A DNA stretch of 27,948 bases from Candidatus Bathyarchaeia archaeon (GCA_049512935.1 JBEKWR010000025.1:1-27948); one strand, 5' to 3'; shown: positions 15,801 to 24,362, counted from the stretch's first letter. The notes: generated by a model from the sequence alone, not told the origin. Translations and numbers: made by a program.

Positions 15801-17145
15801 CCCGTGACTCTGGGAGGCACCTGATGATTTTTGATGTGCTTTTTGATTCTCCCCTGTAGCGCGTGCAGCTTACTCTGGCGCTTATCATGGAGACGATGTC
15901 TTGCATGTAATCCCATTCGATGTGGAAGTACACGCGGATCATGCCGTCAGGCCTAAAAGACAAGGCGGTGTCAGCGCCAAGCTGCGGGCTGTCCTCAGGC
16001 AAGGTTCCGTAGCCCGTGCCTGTGAGCCACGGCATCCATTTTACCGTGTTGGCGTAGGGGCTGCTGGGTCGTATCCCGTACAGCATGAACTGCGCCCGTT
16101 GGATTAGCTTGTCAAGTTTGGCGCCTACGACGGGGTCGGCGGAGAGGGCTTGGACTTTTTTCGGGTTTAAAGCGGGAATTTCCTTGAAGTTGTAAGGGCG
16201 CTGGTCATCAACCTTTGGCACGGGCTTGAGGCATGCCAGGTCGTCTAATCGAAAAATCCCATGCTGGCTCAGCGCTTTCTGTTCGCCTCGGCTTAGGTTC
16301 AGCAACGCGACGCTTTCTTTCTCGACGGCGCGGACGATGCAGCATTCGTTGAAGCCGCAGTTGTCACATCGCCACGAAAGCTGATACGGCACTTCAGGCA
16401 ACGCTGTCTTGTGGATTCGGTAAAGCTCGCCGTTTACGCCAAGAAGCCGCTGCACATCCTGAATTAAAGGGTCAAGCCTAAAAGCGGGCAGGCTGTCTGG
16501 GTTCGCCTTTTCCAAATCCGATTCCTTGTTGATTACGCAGCCTTCAAACTCGACGTTTGAGGCGACGTTGCCTAAGCCCTCAGTCAGCAGCAGAACGTAG
16601 ATCGCGACTTGTACGCGGTGGGCAGTCTGCTCTTTCCAAGAAGATTTTATTTCAAAAATCCGAACCTTAACCTTTCCGTCCCTGATTGGCCACACCCCGA
16701 TGAGGTCAGCTACGCCTTTCACCTGCCACATGCCCACGTGACCCATCATGGGCGCCTGATAAACCAGCGCAGGCTTGTACTCCGCGTCAGATTCAGCGGA
16801 CAGCGCCTGTTCAACAAGAGGCTTCAGGGTTTGGAGAGATTGTTCCCAGGCGCGTTCCCACTTCTCTTCTCGGGGACCAATGCTTGAGAGGTCTGCGTAG
16901 CTGGCTGCTTTAGCCTTCAGGGTCCGCACGGTTTTGTCTTCCAGTTCTTTTCCTGCGCCGTACAGCAAGGGGCTCAGAGGCTTGAATGCTTCAGGCCATT
17001 TGTGGCTGCTTTCCTCGTCGCCTTCAAAGCGGAGCTTGAAGTAGCGGGGGCAACAGTCGAAACGGATGTACTCCGCTATGCCTGACGCCTCAAGAGACGG
17101 CAAATCCTCTGCAGGCTTAGATTCAACGCGTGATTTTTCTTCCAA
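12805..17145 (-). CDS. RecB/Cas4-like PD-(D/E)XK nuclease fused to a degenerate RNase H-like domain and a UPF1/DNA2-type SF1 helicase (TM0106-like architecture)
   Basis: Nuclease motifs: CCPRY, GVADLIG..IFEIKSS..QVAIY, CDNCGFNECC. Helicase motifs: PTPEQ, QGPPGTGKT, VAPTHKA, VVDEAS, AGDHRQLPP, ETHRCH, VVTPHNAQ, TVERYQGGEAD, NRVNVAISRMK. Confidence 0.9.
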   Translation of the reverse strand: MEEKSRVESKPAEDLPSLEASGIAEYIRFDCCPRYFKLRFEGDEESSHKWPEAFKPLSPLLYGAGKELEDKTVRTLKAKAASYADLSSIGPREEKWERAWEQSLQTLKPLVEQALSAESDAEYKPALVYQAPMMGHVGMWQVKGVADLIGVWPIRDGKVKVRIFEIKSSWKEQTAHRVQVAIYVLLLTEGLGNVASNVEFEGCVINKESDLEKANPDSLPAFRLDPLIQDVQRLLGVNGELYRIHKTALPEVPYQLSWRCDNCGFNECCIVRAVEKESVALLNLSRGEQKALSQHGIFRLDDLACLKPVPKVDDQRPYNFKEIPALNPKKVQALSADPVVGAKLDKLIQRAQFMLYGIRPSSPYANTVKWMPWLTGTGYGTLPEDSPQLGADTALSFRPDGMIRVYFHIEWDYMQDIVSMISARVSCTRYRGESKSTSKIIRCLPESREECIVEERSMLEEFFADLTRSIRDIAGEVGSPDEAPIHLYFYTRRERDQLMDSVRRHSSLMTARAIQDLLGLRQAIDQPMFSIIQDEICLRKAVGYHSTGLLPTLNQCGFFNSQEWTVKRKDGSLLNLRLVFRDGFFNFEMPYTRNPDGSMSFLLGGEDARHREGYYPARARFANQLPIEYIWSAKGRLDSGKEKGFAKVMVEKRTWCDYPHNTRRISDEDLTLLGEKLCLALEHVERSLNIRNRRLGKKSIPIPQIPQFTLGRATLERSCREFLDLEYFARRQELYQHYALLPSQRVATGRSVIFECLGVEETERDFTVKGKLVYESLGLPRSECTVNACRVKGSDDSGSGDWMIATEIRQNEQGQYEETRRRSPSEVEKSARIIVERVDLRKMELTVKAINWPSGKSRRYSTWHNLPTSDRDKAEGSKHMQLFEVGRTYILDELADAIISERAATCLDYAADNQLYRMLEAFLAGTTKPSQRTALSKDSAEKFMHWASCTKFPPTPEQNQFIQRVFSSEQVVMLQGPPGTGKTETLQLAVLTHVAAHRDAGKCRVLMVAPTHKAIHEFVNKLAKTWRAYCREGGSGLADLKIYRVVNDVSTVKAVDGVKYVNYNEDEAAVTEIRDALSSQSTLVSDTAANFPLVLCVTPPGLYGLMKKVGGKEPSWNEGYFDLLVVDEASMMRLPELILSGAFIDKNAQILVAGDHRQLPPIQVHNWEKEDRRTIEEMASFLSAMDFLRLMRQEDLGLDHVKAQHKADIPTERLCETHRCHRVVASFLKEWIYHKDGIDFRSDQTRTLSSAAPPTDGLGFVLEPENVFVLVVHDEAESFQSNLVEARIVDALVRSVPPETVGVVTPHNAQRGVVKNLLLDGYENLRVDTVERYQGGEADFIIISSTVSDPDYVRIESDFLLNLNRVNVAISRMKKKLVVIASRSIFEFLPQDAKNYDKALLWKGIAQTVGFTANGNPKWKGTLTEFLGKPAAEVEVQVYAKSAKGD

Positions 17146-17245
17146 TCGCTGGCGCTCCCAAATCCGTGAACGAACTTTCAGGTTGCTTAAATGTTACGTA
17201 GTCGTTTAAAGGCTTTATCCGTGAAGCAGGGTGCCCTTGGAAAAA

Positions 17246-18433
17246 TCACGTCACCGTCTGGTTGTAGTAAAAGGCCTGAGCGTATTCTTTGAGCGTTGGC
17301 TGGATGACGGTTTGATCATCGTAAATTATGTTTAACGTGCTGCCGTACCTTGCCAGTAGGAGTTGTGTGTCGCTCCATATTTTTGCGGTGTAGGAGTCGT
17401 TGGAAGCTGGAAACAAGCCCCAGATCTTGTCGTCGGCGTTTCGGAAGCCAAACCCAAAGTTCACGGGCACAACGTATGCTGCCTCAGCCGCGTTTGTCCC
17501 AAACTGCCCAGGATTCGTTTGGACATCAGTCCAGAACGTCTGCATAGCCTCAAGGTCGTTCGAGGTTAAGGTGCCGTACTCAGTCACGTTGGGGTAGCTG
17601 AAAACCACCTCGTAGGTGGCTCCGGCGCTGTAAGCCAGCGACAGATCACTAAACAATTCGTTTGAAGGCTCAAGAAAGGGAGCTTGGTCGTACTTCCAAG
17701 TGATGATTATTCCCCATGGATGATTGAAAGACTGCGCCGCACCCCTGTCTAAAGCAATCGTGGTTTGCCTACTTTGGTTCCCAACGAACTCGCCGAAAAC
17801 CGTGCTGTACCCCGATTCGTAATCGAACCAGTAAAGCCCATAGTCTGAAGTGAACATTTTGGCTGGAGACACGCCTGTTCGGTTGCCGTCCATGGAATAA
17901 TAATGCACGATTCCGCCTAAATTGTTAACATATTCGTTAGCTACTTGAGCGTAGCTGAGAGAAGCGTTTTCGACGAGCTGAAACCTGCCGTCATCCAGCT
18001 GGTTTCCGCCTGGCTCATCATACCTGTAGAAGCCCAATAGCTGGTTTCCGTATTTCTGCGTTGCATTGCCCATCCAATCAAACAAGGTGTTGTTTCCCGG
18101 GTACCCGTCGGTGCCGTTGTACATTGGGTAGCTTGTGATGAAAACGATGAAGTCTAATCCTGACTGGTCGATGTAGTTGCATGACTCGTCCAGAGCCGTC
18201 CTGTTAAAAGTCAATGGAATTGAGCCTAGGACAATAAGGTTCGTGTAACCCCTCACTTTGTCGACTAAGGCTTTAACCTGTGAGAATTGGCTGCCGTAGG
18301 CAAAGTCAACGCCGAGGTAAAAGGGTCTGGGTGCTTCCTTGTAGGGCTCAAAAGTTAAAAAAAGGGAAACCAAGATAAAAGCTATCAAGAAAGCAACGGC
18401 TAATATGACGTATTTTCGGTTCAACCTGCTCAA
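17246..18433 (-). CDS. Uncharacterised N-terminally anchored extracellular protein, putative glycoside-hydrolase-like TIM barrel; paralog of 22953..24362
   Basis: N-terminal TM, YTNLIVLG, YDEPGGNQLD, FTSDYGLYWFDY, TVFGEF, RGAA..WGIIIT, FGFGFR..DKIWGL and many NxS/T sequons. The CDS is secure; the function is inference. Confidence 0.7.
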   Translation of the reverse strand: MSRLNRKYVILAVAFLIAFILVSLFLTFEPYKEAPRPFYLGVDFAYGSQFSQVKALVDKVRGYTNLIVLGSIPLTFNRTALDESCNYIDQSGLDFIVFITSYPMYNGTDGYPGNNTLFDWMGNATQKYGNQLLGFYRYDEPGGNQLDDGRFQLVENASLSYAQVANEYVNNLGGIVHYYSMDGNRTGVSPAKMFTSDYGLYWFDYESGYSTVFGEFVGNQSRQTTIALDRGAAQSFNHPWGIIITWKYDQAPFLEPSNELFSDLSLAYSAGATYEVVFSYPNVTEYGTLTSNDLEAMQTFWTDVQTNPGQFGTNAAEAAYVVPVNFGFGFRNADDKIWGLFPASNDSYTAKIWSDTQLLLARYGSTLNIIYDDQTVIQPTLKEYAQAFYYNQTVT

Positions 18434-18498
18434 CCAACCATCGACATTACCCCGCTAAATTAGCAAGTAAGCTAGCAATCAAACTTCTGCAGCATAGG

Positions 18499-18939
18499 CT
18501 ATCTGCGATACAACCCCATCAACTCGCCCTTCGCCAGGATGTGACCCTGCATGGCTTTTTCCGCGTCTTTCTTCCTCGAACCCGAGCCTAAATTTAACTC
18601 CGTGTCTATGGCGTAAACTTTGAAGAAGTACCTGTGCGTCCCGCCTGGGGGGCATGGTCCCCCGTAGCCCTGCTTCCCGAAACTGTTACGTCCCTCTTTT
18701 CCAGGCACCGAATTCTCCGCTATCTTCCCTGTTGACGCAGGAATGTTCCATACAATCCAGTGGTCCCACGTGCCGCTTGGCGCGTCAGGGTCGTCCACGG
18801 CTAAAACAAGCGTTTTTGCTTCTTTGGGTACGCCTTCGATGGTTAGGGGCGGGTTTACGTCTTGTCCGTCGCAGGTGTACTTTTTGGGGATAAGTTTGCC
18901 CTGCTCAAACGCTGGGCTTTTAATCAGTAAATCTGCCAA
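18499..18939 (-). CDS. YbhB/YbcL family Raf kinase inhibitor-like (PEBP) protein
   Basis: SPAFEQGKLIPKKYTCDG, DDPDAP, WDHWIVWNIP and GYGGPCPPGGTHRYFFKVYA. GGTGA lies before the TTG. Confidence 0.95.
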   Translation of the reverse strand: MADLLIKSPAFEQGKLIPKKYTCDGQDVNPPLTIEGVPKEAKTLVLAVDDPDAPSGTWDHWIVWNIPASTGKIAENSVPGKEGRNSFGKQGYGGPCPPGGTHRYFFKVYAIDTELNLGSGSRKKDAEKAMQGHILAKGELMGLYRR

Positions 18940-19031
18940 AGCATCACCAAAAAAGAAATGTTAACTCTGATAGTTAAAGCAGTTGCTAAACTGACGGGTT
19001 TAGGGCTTTTCGTCCTTCCTTTTTTCCAATT

Positions 19032-20714
19032 TTAAGTTTCGGCTTTCCGCAGAAGTTCCTCTGCGCTTCCGATGTTGATTCGGTAGACGATGGCGGATAT
19101 GGCGATTGAGACAACGGCGCTTATGGCAACTCCGACGGCGTAGTCTAAAGTGCTGCTAGACCTTCCGCTAAGCAAAGATAAACCGTACGGGATAATCACA
19201 GGGGCAAACACCGCTGCTCCCGTCACCGCGCACATTATTAAACCTACTAGTGACCATTCTTGACGTATCATTCTTGCCCTTCGCGTCTGCGAAAAATCTG
19301 CTCCCTTGAAACCTACTTGGAGCGAAACTGAAGATAAAGCAAGAACCATGAGGAAGGCTTCAACTGTGGCGACGATTGCCTCTCGCACGCTTGGGTGGAA
19401 AAATACTACTCCTATAGATGCAGACAGCGCCAATATGATGATTGAAAATAGAATCGCAATGAAATATTTACTCTTGACCAAGTTTTCAGGAGAAATTGGG
19501 GAAGCATAAATGCGCCATATTGCTTGCCCTTCTTCACCTATAAGAATCTCTCCTAACAGCATACCCATTACGCTTGCAGGCAACAAAAAGATAATACCAG
19601 CGCTTACGGCAACGCCCGTCGAACTGGATGTTGAACTACTGGTTCCGCTAAATGAACCGAAGAGCGCAACGATAATTAAGATGATGGGGAAAATGTAGAT
19701 GGACAGCAACTCTCGGCGCCTAGTGAATGCTCTTAAATCCTTTCGGATTAATGCTGCCTCGACAGTAGAAAAGCCAAGTTTACCTAAAAACCCAGTTTTC
19801 GGCTCGTAAATGCCGCTCTTCTGAACCGTTATCGCAGGCGGTTCATAGAGTCCCAAACGCGTGTTTAACTCGACGGCAAGGTAATACAAGCCTGCAATGA
19901 GAAGAGCGGATAAAGCTGTGAACAGGAGAGCTTGTAAATACAAGCCTTTGCCAACGTAGGAAATTACCAAGGCGGGCCAAATAAGAGGAATGTACCAAGC
20001 GGCGGATTGAGCTGCAGTTAAGCCTGTGATGAAGGAACTAAATCCAGACGTCACGTAAAAATAGATAATGTAGAAAATTGCGATAATTAGTATATAGGAG
20101 ACAAATCTTACCCATATGGCTGCTCTTCCGCTTGATTTATAGACGGCGCCTGTAAAACGCACTTGCAAAACTCTCAGAATTTCTGTTATGGAGCTAGCCA
20201 AGAAAGCTGCGGCAAACATAATGAGCGCAGTTAATAGTGCCTGAAGAATTAACCCGTTAAACGCTGAAAAAACAATCACTCCAGAGCTTAATCCTACAAC
20301 TACTGCCGCTGGCCATCCTAGCAAGTTAGCTAAAATTGAAGCCAAAGTATGCTCCTGCCAAGTTACTGGAAGCCAAAACTCCACTTGACTTGAAGGCTTT
20401 CCTGCCACCTGGACTTGCTGAAACAAAGTAAATACTATGCTGATGCCTAAGACAAGAGTCGGCAATACTGAGAAAAAGCCAAGTGCCTCGACATTTAAAG
20501 GCTTTAATCCAGTCGGCACTGATCCTGAACTATAAACAGTGAGCGCAGCAACGCTTGCCACATAACCGCCTATCACACCGATTGCTAACGCCGCCCAGTA
20601 AGGCCAATACGCAATGAAAACGTTTTCCTTGTACCTTGTAGCTTTTATTCCCCTGATTAGCCTGCCAGATTTGCGTTCAATCCGAAGCAGGTAGAGAACG
20701 TTCTTCCAGTTCAT
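19032..20714 (-). CDS. Putative ABC exporter permease (multi-pass membrane protein)
   Basis: About 12-14 hydrophobic segments, with ALIRKDLRAFTRR and EGQAIWRIYASPISPENLVKSK motifs. ATGA overlap with the upstream ABC ATPase gene. Confidence 0.8.
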   Translation of the reverse strand: MNWKNVLYLLRIERKSGRLIRGIKATRYKENVFIAYWPYWAALAIGVIGGYVASVAALTVYSSGSVPTGLKPLNVEALGFFSVLPTLVLGISIVFTLFQQVQVAGKPSSQVEFWLPVTWQEHTLASILANLLGWPAAVVVGLSSGVIVFSAFNGLILQALLTALIMFAAAFLASSITEILRVLQVRFTGAVYKSSGRAAIWVRFVSYILIIAIFYIIYFYVTSGFSSFITGLTAAQSAAWYIPLIWPALVISYVGKGLYLQALLFTALSALLIAGLYYLAVELNTRLGLYEPPAITVQKSGIYEPKTGFLGKLGFSTVEAALIRKDLRAFTRRRELLSIYIFPIILIIVALFGSFSGTSSSTSSSTGVAVSAGIIFLLPASVMGMLLGEILIGEEGQAIWRIYASPISPENLVKSKYFIAILFSIIILALSASIGVVFFHPSVREAIVATVEAFLMVLALSSVSLQVGFKGADFSQTRRARMIRQEWSLVGLIMCAVTGAAVFAPVIIPYGLSLLSGRSSSTLDYAVGVAISAVVSIAISAIVYRINIGSAEELLRKAET

Positions 20715-21484
20715 TTCATGAGTTCCTCAACAACAGCTCTCAAATCTTCTGTACCTGTCAACTTGAGGAAAACATCCTCTAATCCTGAACCTGGCAGCAT
20801 CGCGGTTTTTCTCAGCTCATCCATGTTGCCTAAGGCTAAAAGTTGTCCCTGATACATTATGCCTATGCGGTCGCATATTGCCTCTGCGATTTCAAGAACA
20901 TGCGTTGACATAATAGTGGTAACGCCTTGCCCTTTGAGTTCATGCAAGAAATCCTTAACTATCCTCGCTGAACGGGGATCCAAAGCGTTAAGCGGCTCAT
21001 CAAGCAACAGCAACTTCGGCTTGTGAAGGAAGGCTGAGATCAAACTGATTTTCTTTTTCATTCCATCCGAGTAACTGTTTATCATGTCACCTTCGCGACC
21101 TTCAAGCTGCATCGCCTTAAGGTACTCGGTTATCCTCTGTTTCTTCTCAGCCGTGGGAATACCGTAAACGTCAGCGATGAAGTCCAAGTATTCGATTCCA
21201 GTTAAGAACTCGTAGATGTTGGCTGCTTCGGGAACGTAACCTACAAGACGCTTAACTTCTACAGGCTGCTTCAGAGGGTCCAACCCTAAAACGGTAACGC
21301 TTCCCTTATCAGGCGTAACCAAGCCAAGCAGCATCTTAAGCGTGGTGGATTTCCCTGAACCGTTAGGTCCCAGAAGCCCGAAGATTTCGCCTGAGCCTAT
21401 GTTCAAGCTTAGGTTGTTTACAGCCACTATTTCGTTGTAACGTTTCGTTACGTTTTTGATTTCAACAGCCCATTGGGTGTACAT
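20711..21484 (-). CDS. ABC transporter ATP-binding protein (ABC-2/exporter type)
   Basis: Walker A GPNGSGKST, signature YSDGM, Walker B LLLLDEP and H-loop STH. Confidence 0.95.
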   Translation of the reverse strand: MYTQWAVEIKNVTKRYNEIVAVNNLSLNIGSGEIFGLLGPNGSGKSTTLKMLLGLVTPDKGSVTVLGLDPLKQPVEVKRLVGYVPEAANIYEFLTGIEYLDFIADVYGIPTAEKKQRITEYLKAMQLEGREGDMINSYSDGMKKKISLISAFLHKPKLLLLDEPLNALDPRSARIVKDFLHELKGQGVTTIMSTHVLEIAEAICDRIGIMYQGQLLALGNMDELRKTAMLPGSGLEDVFLKLTGTEDLRAVVEELMK

Positions 21485-21607
21485 GCGGAAGGATGCCTCT
21501 TGACTGCAAAATAGAAAACCCTCACTATTTAAGGGTAATGTGCCGCCGCAATCGGGCTTTCACCTGTTGTTCGCTTCCGCAAAAAACATGATCTGAGGCT
21601 TGAAACT

Positions 21608-21650
21608 TAAAAAAAATAAAGAGTGGGCTGGAAAACTGTTTTCTGTCCAG
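21608..21650 (-). terminator. Hairpin plus oligo-T terminator after the OsmC-like gene
   Basis: Minus strand reads CTGGACAGAAAACAGTTTTCCAG followed by CCCACTCTTTATTTTTTTTAA. Confidence 0.5.
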
Positions 21651-21653
21651 TTG

Positions 21654-22091
21654 TCACGTGAAGTTAAGTTCGAAGATTATTGGAACGGCTTCGCCCCATG
21701 ATTGCCTTATCGGGCAGATCTTCTGTGCCATCCCGTAGACGGTGTTCGCTTTTTTGCGTTCGCGTTCGTTGTCGGTTTGTAAGCCAACGTTCATCTGGAA
21801 ATGCACGTTTGTGAAGATCAGTTTCTCCATGCCTTCAATGTTCATCGTGACGTTTGCCTTCGTGTCCAACTTCTTAAGCTCTAACTGGCTGTTTCTCGCG
21901 ATCAAAAGAAAAAGCGTGTTGATGCATGACGCTAAGGCAACGGCGAAAATGTCTTCGGGCACGCAGTAGCCTTCTTTCCCGCCGAACATGGGCGGTGGAC
22001 TAACAGTAACGAGGTCCTTTCCTTTAACTGACAGTAGGCATTCGGTTCCGCCTTTCCAACTTGCGGTTCCCTCAAAATTCATTTCTGGCAA
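21654..22091 (-). CDS. OsmC/Ohr family protein
   Basis: SPPPMFGG, PEDIFAVALASC and KICPI supply the two conserved cysteines. Start is likely TTG at 22091 (GGTGA upstream) or ATG at 22082; the ORF-track start at 22256 overlaps the divergent gene. Confidence 0.85.
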   Translation of the reverse strand: MPEMNFEGTASWKGGTECLLSVKGKDLVTVSPPPMFGGKEGYCVPEDIFAVALASCINTLFLLIARNSQLELKKLDTKANVTMNIEGMEKLIFTNVHFQMNVGLQTDNERERKKANTVYGMAQKICPIRQSWGEAVPIIFELNFT

Positions 22092-22248
22092 CAAAATCAC
22101 CACTGTATATTGGCAACATGAAAATTTTAACATTGCGGGTGCTGAAGAGCGGCTTAAATGACCTGCCGAATTCAGGGCTTTGAGAAACGGCTTTTCCTCC
22201 AACACGTTTATCCTATCCCGGAGCCTAATTGTAAATGGTGGATTTTTC

Positions 22249-22881
22249 ATGAGCATGAAGGCTGCCCTGTCTAAACTGCCAAGTTACTCGCAGGAACTCA
22301 ACCTTGACTTGTCTAAGCCCGATGATCGGTTCAAATGGTTTTTGGCTTCTGTTCTTTTTGCCAAAAGAATCTCGGCGCAAACCGCCAAAGAAACCTACTT
22401 CTATTTTGAACAGGAGGATCTGACGAGTCCAGAAGCCATTTTGGAGGCTGGCTGGGACAGGCTTGTGGAGGTTCTGGATGCGGGAGGCTACGCGAGGTAC
22501 GATTTTTCAACAGCCACTTACCTGCTTGGAATCGCAAAGACGCTTAAAGAAAGGTACGGCAGCCTCGAAAACCTCCACGCGGAATCCAGCAGCCCCCAAG
22601 ATTTGGAGCGGCGGCTGAAAGAATTCAGAGGCGTCGGTCCTGTGGGCGTAAACATTTTCTTAAGAGAGCTGCGTGGAGTATGGGATAAGGCTGAACCTGA
22701 GCTTTCGCCTGCAGCGTTGGCAACCGCGGAAAAAATTGGGCTCAGCCGTGAAGACGCGGAATGTTATGAGTCTCAGTTGGTCAGGTTGAATCTTGAGTAC
22801 TGCAAGAAGCGCCGAAGCGGGGAATGCCCGCTGGGAAAAATGTGCCCAGACATGGTTTCACCGAGCAAGATTCAGCATTAG
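22249..22881 (+). CDS. HhH-GPD superfamily (endonuclease III-like) protein
   Basis: FKWFLASVLFAKRIS, TSPEAILEAGWDRLVEVLDAGGYARYD, HhH motif LKEFRGVGPVGVNIFLRELR and a C-terminal Cys cluster. ATG at 22249 with GGTGG upstream is preferred. Confidence 0.75.
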   Translation: MSMKAALSKLPSYSQELNLDLSKPDDRFKWFLASVLFAKRISAQTAKETYFYFEQEDLTSPEAILEAGWDRLVEVLDAGGYARYDFSTATYLLGIAKTLKERYGSLENLHAESSSPQDLERRLKEFRGVGPVGVNIFLRELRGVWDKAEPELSPAALATAEKIGLSREDAECYESQLVRLNLEYCKKRRSGECPLGKMCPDMVSPSKIQH

Positions 22882-22952
22882 CTGGCGTTTAAGCTGCTTT
22901 TGGCTTGTTCTGGAAAACTCTTATTAGGTTATGGAAGTCCATCTAGCACGTA

Positions 22953-24362
22953 ATGAATCTTAAGCAAGCTGCGTTGTTGCTGATCGTCCTGTTGGTTTCG
23001 CCTTTTTTCGTAAACTCCACCTTAACCGCTAAGGCTCAAACCGCGCAGTCTTCGCCGGGCTTGTACGTCGGCATCGACATAGCTTTCGGAAGCATGGCTC
23101 AAACTGAAGAGTTAATCGACAACGTTAGCTCCTACACCAACTTGATTGTAATCGGATGCGCCCAAAAAATAGGCAACAACAACTACGGCGGCGGCATCTA
23201 CAATGAAACAAGACTTTCCGTAGTCAGCCAATACGCTTACAACAAAGGCTTAAACTTCATTGTCTTCTCGAACGACCCAAGCTACCCCTCCAAGCAATGG
23301 CTTGAAAACGCCACGGAAAACTTTGGAGGCCACTTCATTGGGCTCTATTATCTTGATGAGCAAGGCGGAAAACAACTTGACCAAGCGAATTATACAGCTG
23401 TCCTGTCCGCGAAAAACTTCAGCGATGCCGCTAGCCAGTACGTGACGACGATCAATCAGTGGCTGCGCACGGCGCCGTACGCGATTACACGCAACTTTGA
23501 TTCCCCCACCGAATATCCTTTGTTCACTTCGGATTACGGGTTGTACTGGTACGATTACGCGGCAGGCTTCAACACGGTTTTTGCAGAGTTCGGAGTCAAC
23601 GCTGGATACGAAAACTACAGCCGACAGTTAAGCATGGCTCTGTGCAGGGGAGCAGCCACCGCGTTCAACGAGAATTGGGGAGTCATGATAACCGATTACA
23701 CCACACAGTGGCCTTACATGGAGAACGGGTCAGAGCTGTACAGCGACATGGTTCTCGCTTATGAAAACGGCGCAAAATACATAGTTCTGTTTGACTCCAA
23801 CGGGAACTACACTGAAAACGTCCTGCAGCAGGACCAGCTTAACGCTATGAAGGAGTTTTGGCAGTACACCCAAGACAACCCGAGAACCGTGAGCCAGCCA
23901 AGCGACCGTTCGGCTTATGTTTTGCCAGCGGATTTCGGCTACGGTTTCCGCAGTCCCAACGACACGATCTGGGGGTTATGGCACCCAGACTGGAACGGCG
24001 CAGCTTCCCTCACGTTTGTCACCGACATCAGCATGTGCATAGTCACCTTCCTGCAGATGTTTGGATCCAACTTGGACATAATTTATCCAGACGGAAACCA
24101 GCCTGTCCAGCCGATCGGTTACCAAAACGTCATCTACTGGAATGACACAAGCATAGTGCCGAACATGCCGCCGATGCCGCCGCAGAACCCTGCGAAAAGC
24201 ACCCGTCAGCAACTTATCACGCCGGTTCTCACAGGCAATTCCCCGCTCTCTTACGTTACCAGGGTCGAGATTTACGCCGTGGCAATAAGCAGTTTGGTCG
24301 CGTTGGCGATTGCAGTAGCCGTTTTAAAGGTCAGAAGACGACAATTGCGCGCGGCTAAGTAA
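22953..24362 (+). CDS. Uncharacterised secreted, C-terminally anchored protein, putative glycoside-hydrolase-like TIM barrel; paralog of 17246..18433
   Basis: Signal peptide (..TAKA|Q), YTNLIVIG, YLDEQGGKQLD, FTSDYGLYWYDY, TVFAEFG, CRGAA..WGVMIT, FGYGFRSPNDTIWGLW, and a C-terminal TM followed by RRR. Confidence 0.7.
   Translation: MNLKQAALLLIVLLVSPFFVNSTLTAKAQTAQSSPGLYVGIDIAFGSMAQTEELIDNVSSYTNLIVIGCAQKIGNNNYGGGIYNETRLSVVSQYAYNKGLNFIVFSNDPSYPSKQWLENATENFGGHFIGLYYLDEQGGKQLDQANYTAVLSAKNFSDAASQYVTTINQWLRTAPYAITRNFDSPTEYPLFTSDYGLYWYDYAAGFNTVFAEFGVNAGYENYSRQLSMALCRGAATAFNENWGVMITDYTTQWPYMENGSELYSDMVLAYENGAKYIVLFDSNGNYTENVLQQDQLNAMKEFWQYTQDNPRTVSQPSDRSAYVLPADFGYGFRSPNDTIWGLWHPDWNGAASLTFVTDISMCIVTFLQMFGSNLDIIYPDGNQPVQPIGYQNVIYWNDTSIVPNMPPMPPQNPAKSTRQQLITPVLTGNSPLSYVTRVEIYAVAISSLVALAIAVAVLKVRRRQLRAAK

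Noticed and set aside
16300-17145. CRISPR-associated Cas4
   Set aside because: The nuclease fold is similar, but it is fused to an SF1 helicase and no cas1/cas2 genes or repeat-spacer array are present in the window.
22092-22256. Overlapping 5' extensions of the OsmC and HhH-GPD ORFs
   Set aside because: Downstream starts with RBS-like sequences (22091/22082 and 22249) remove the head-to-head overlap and leave a normal divergent promoter.
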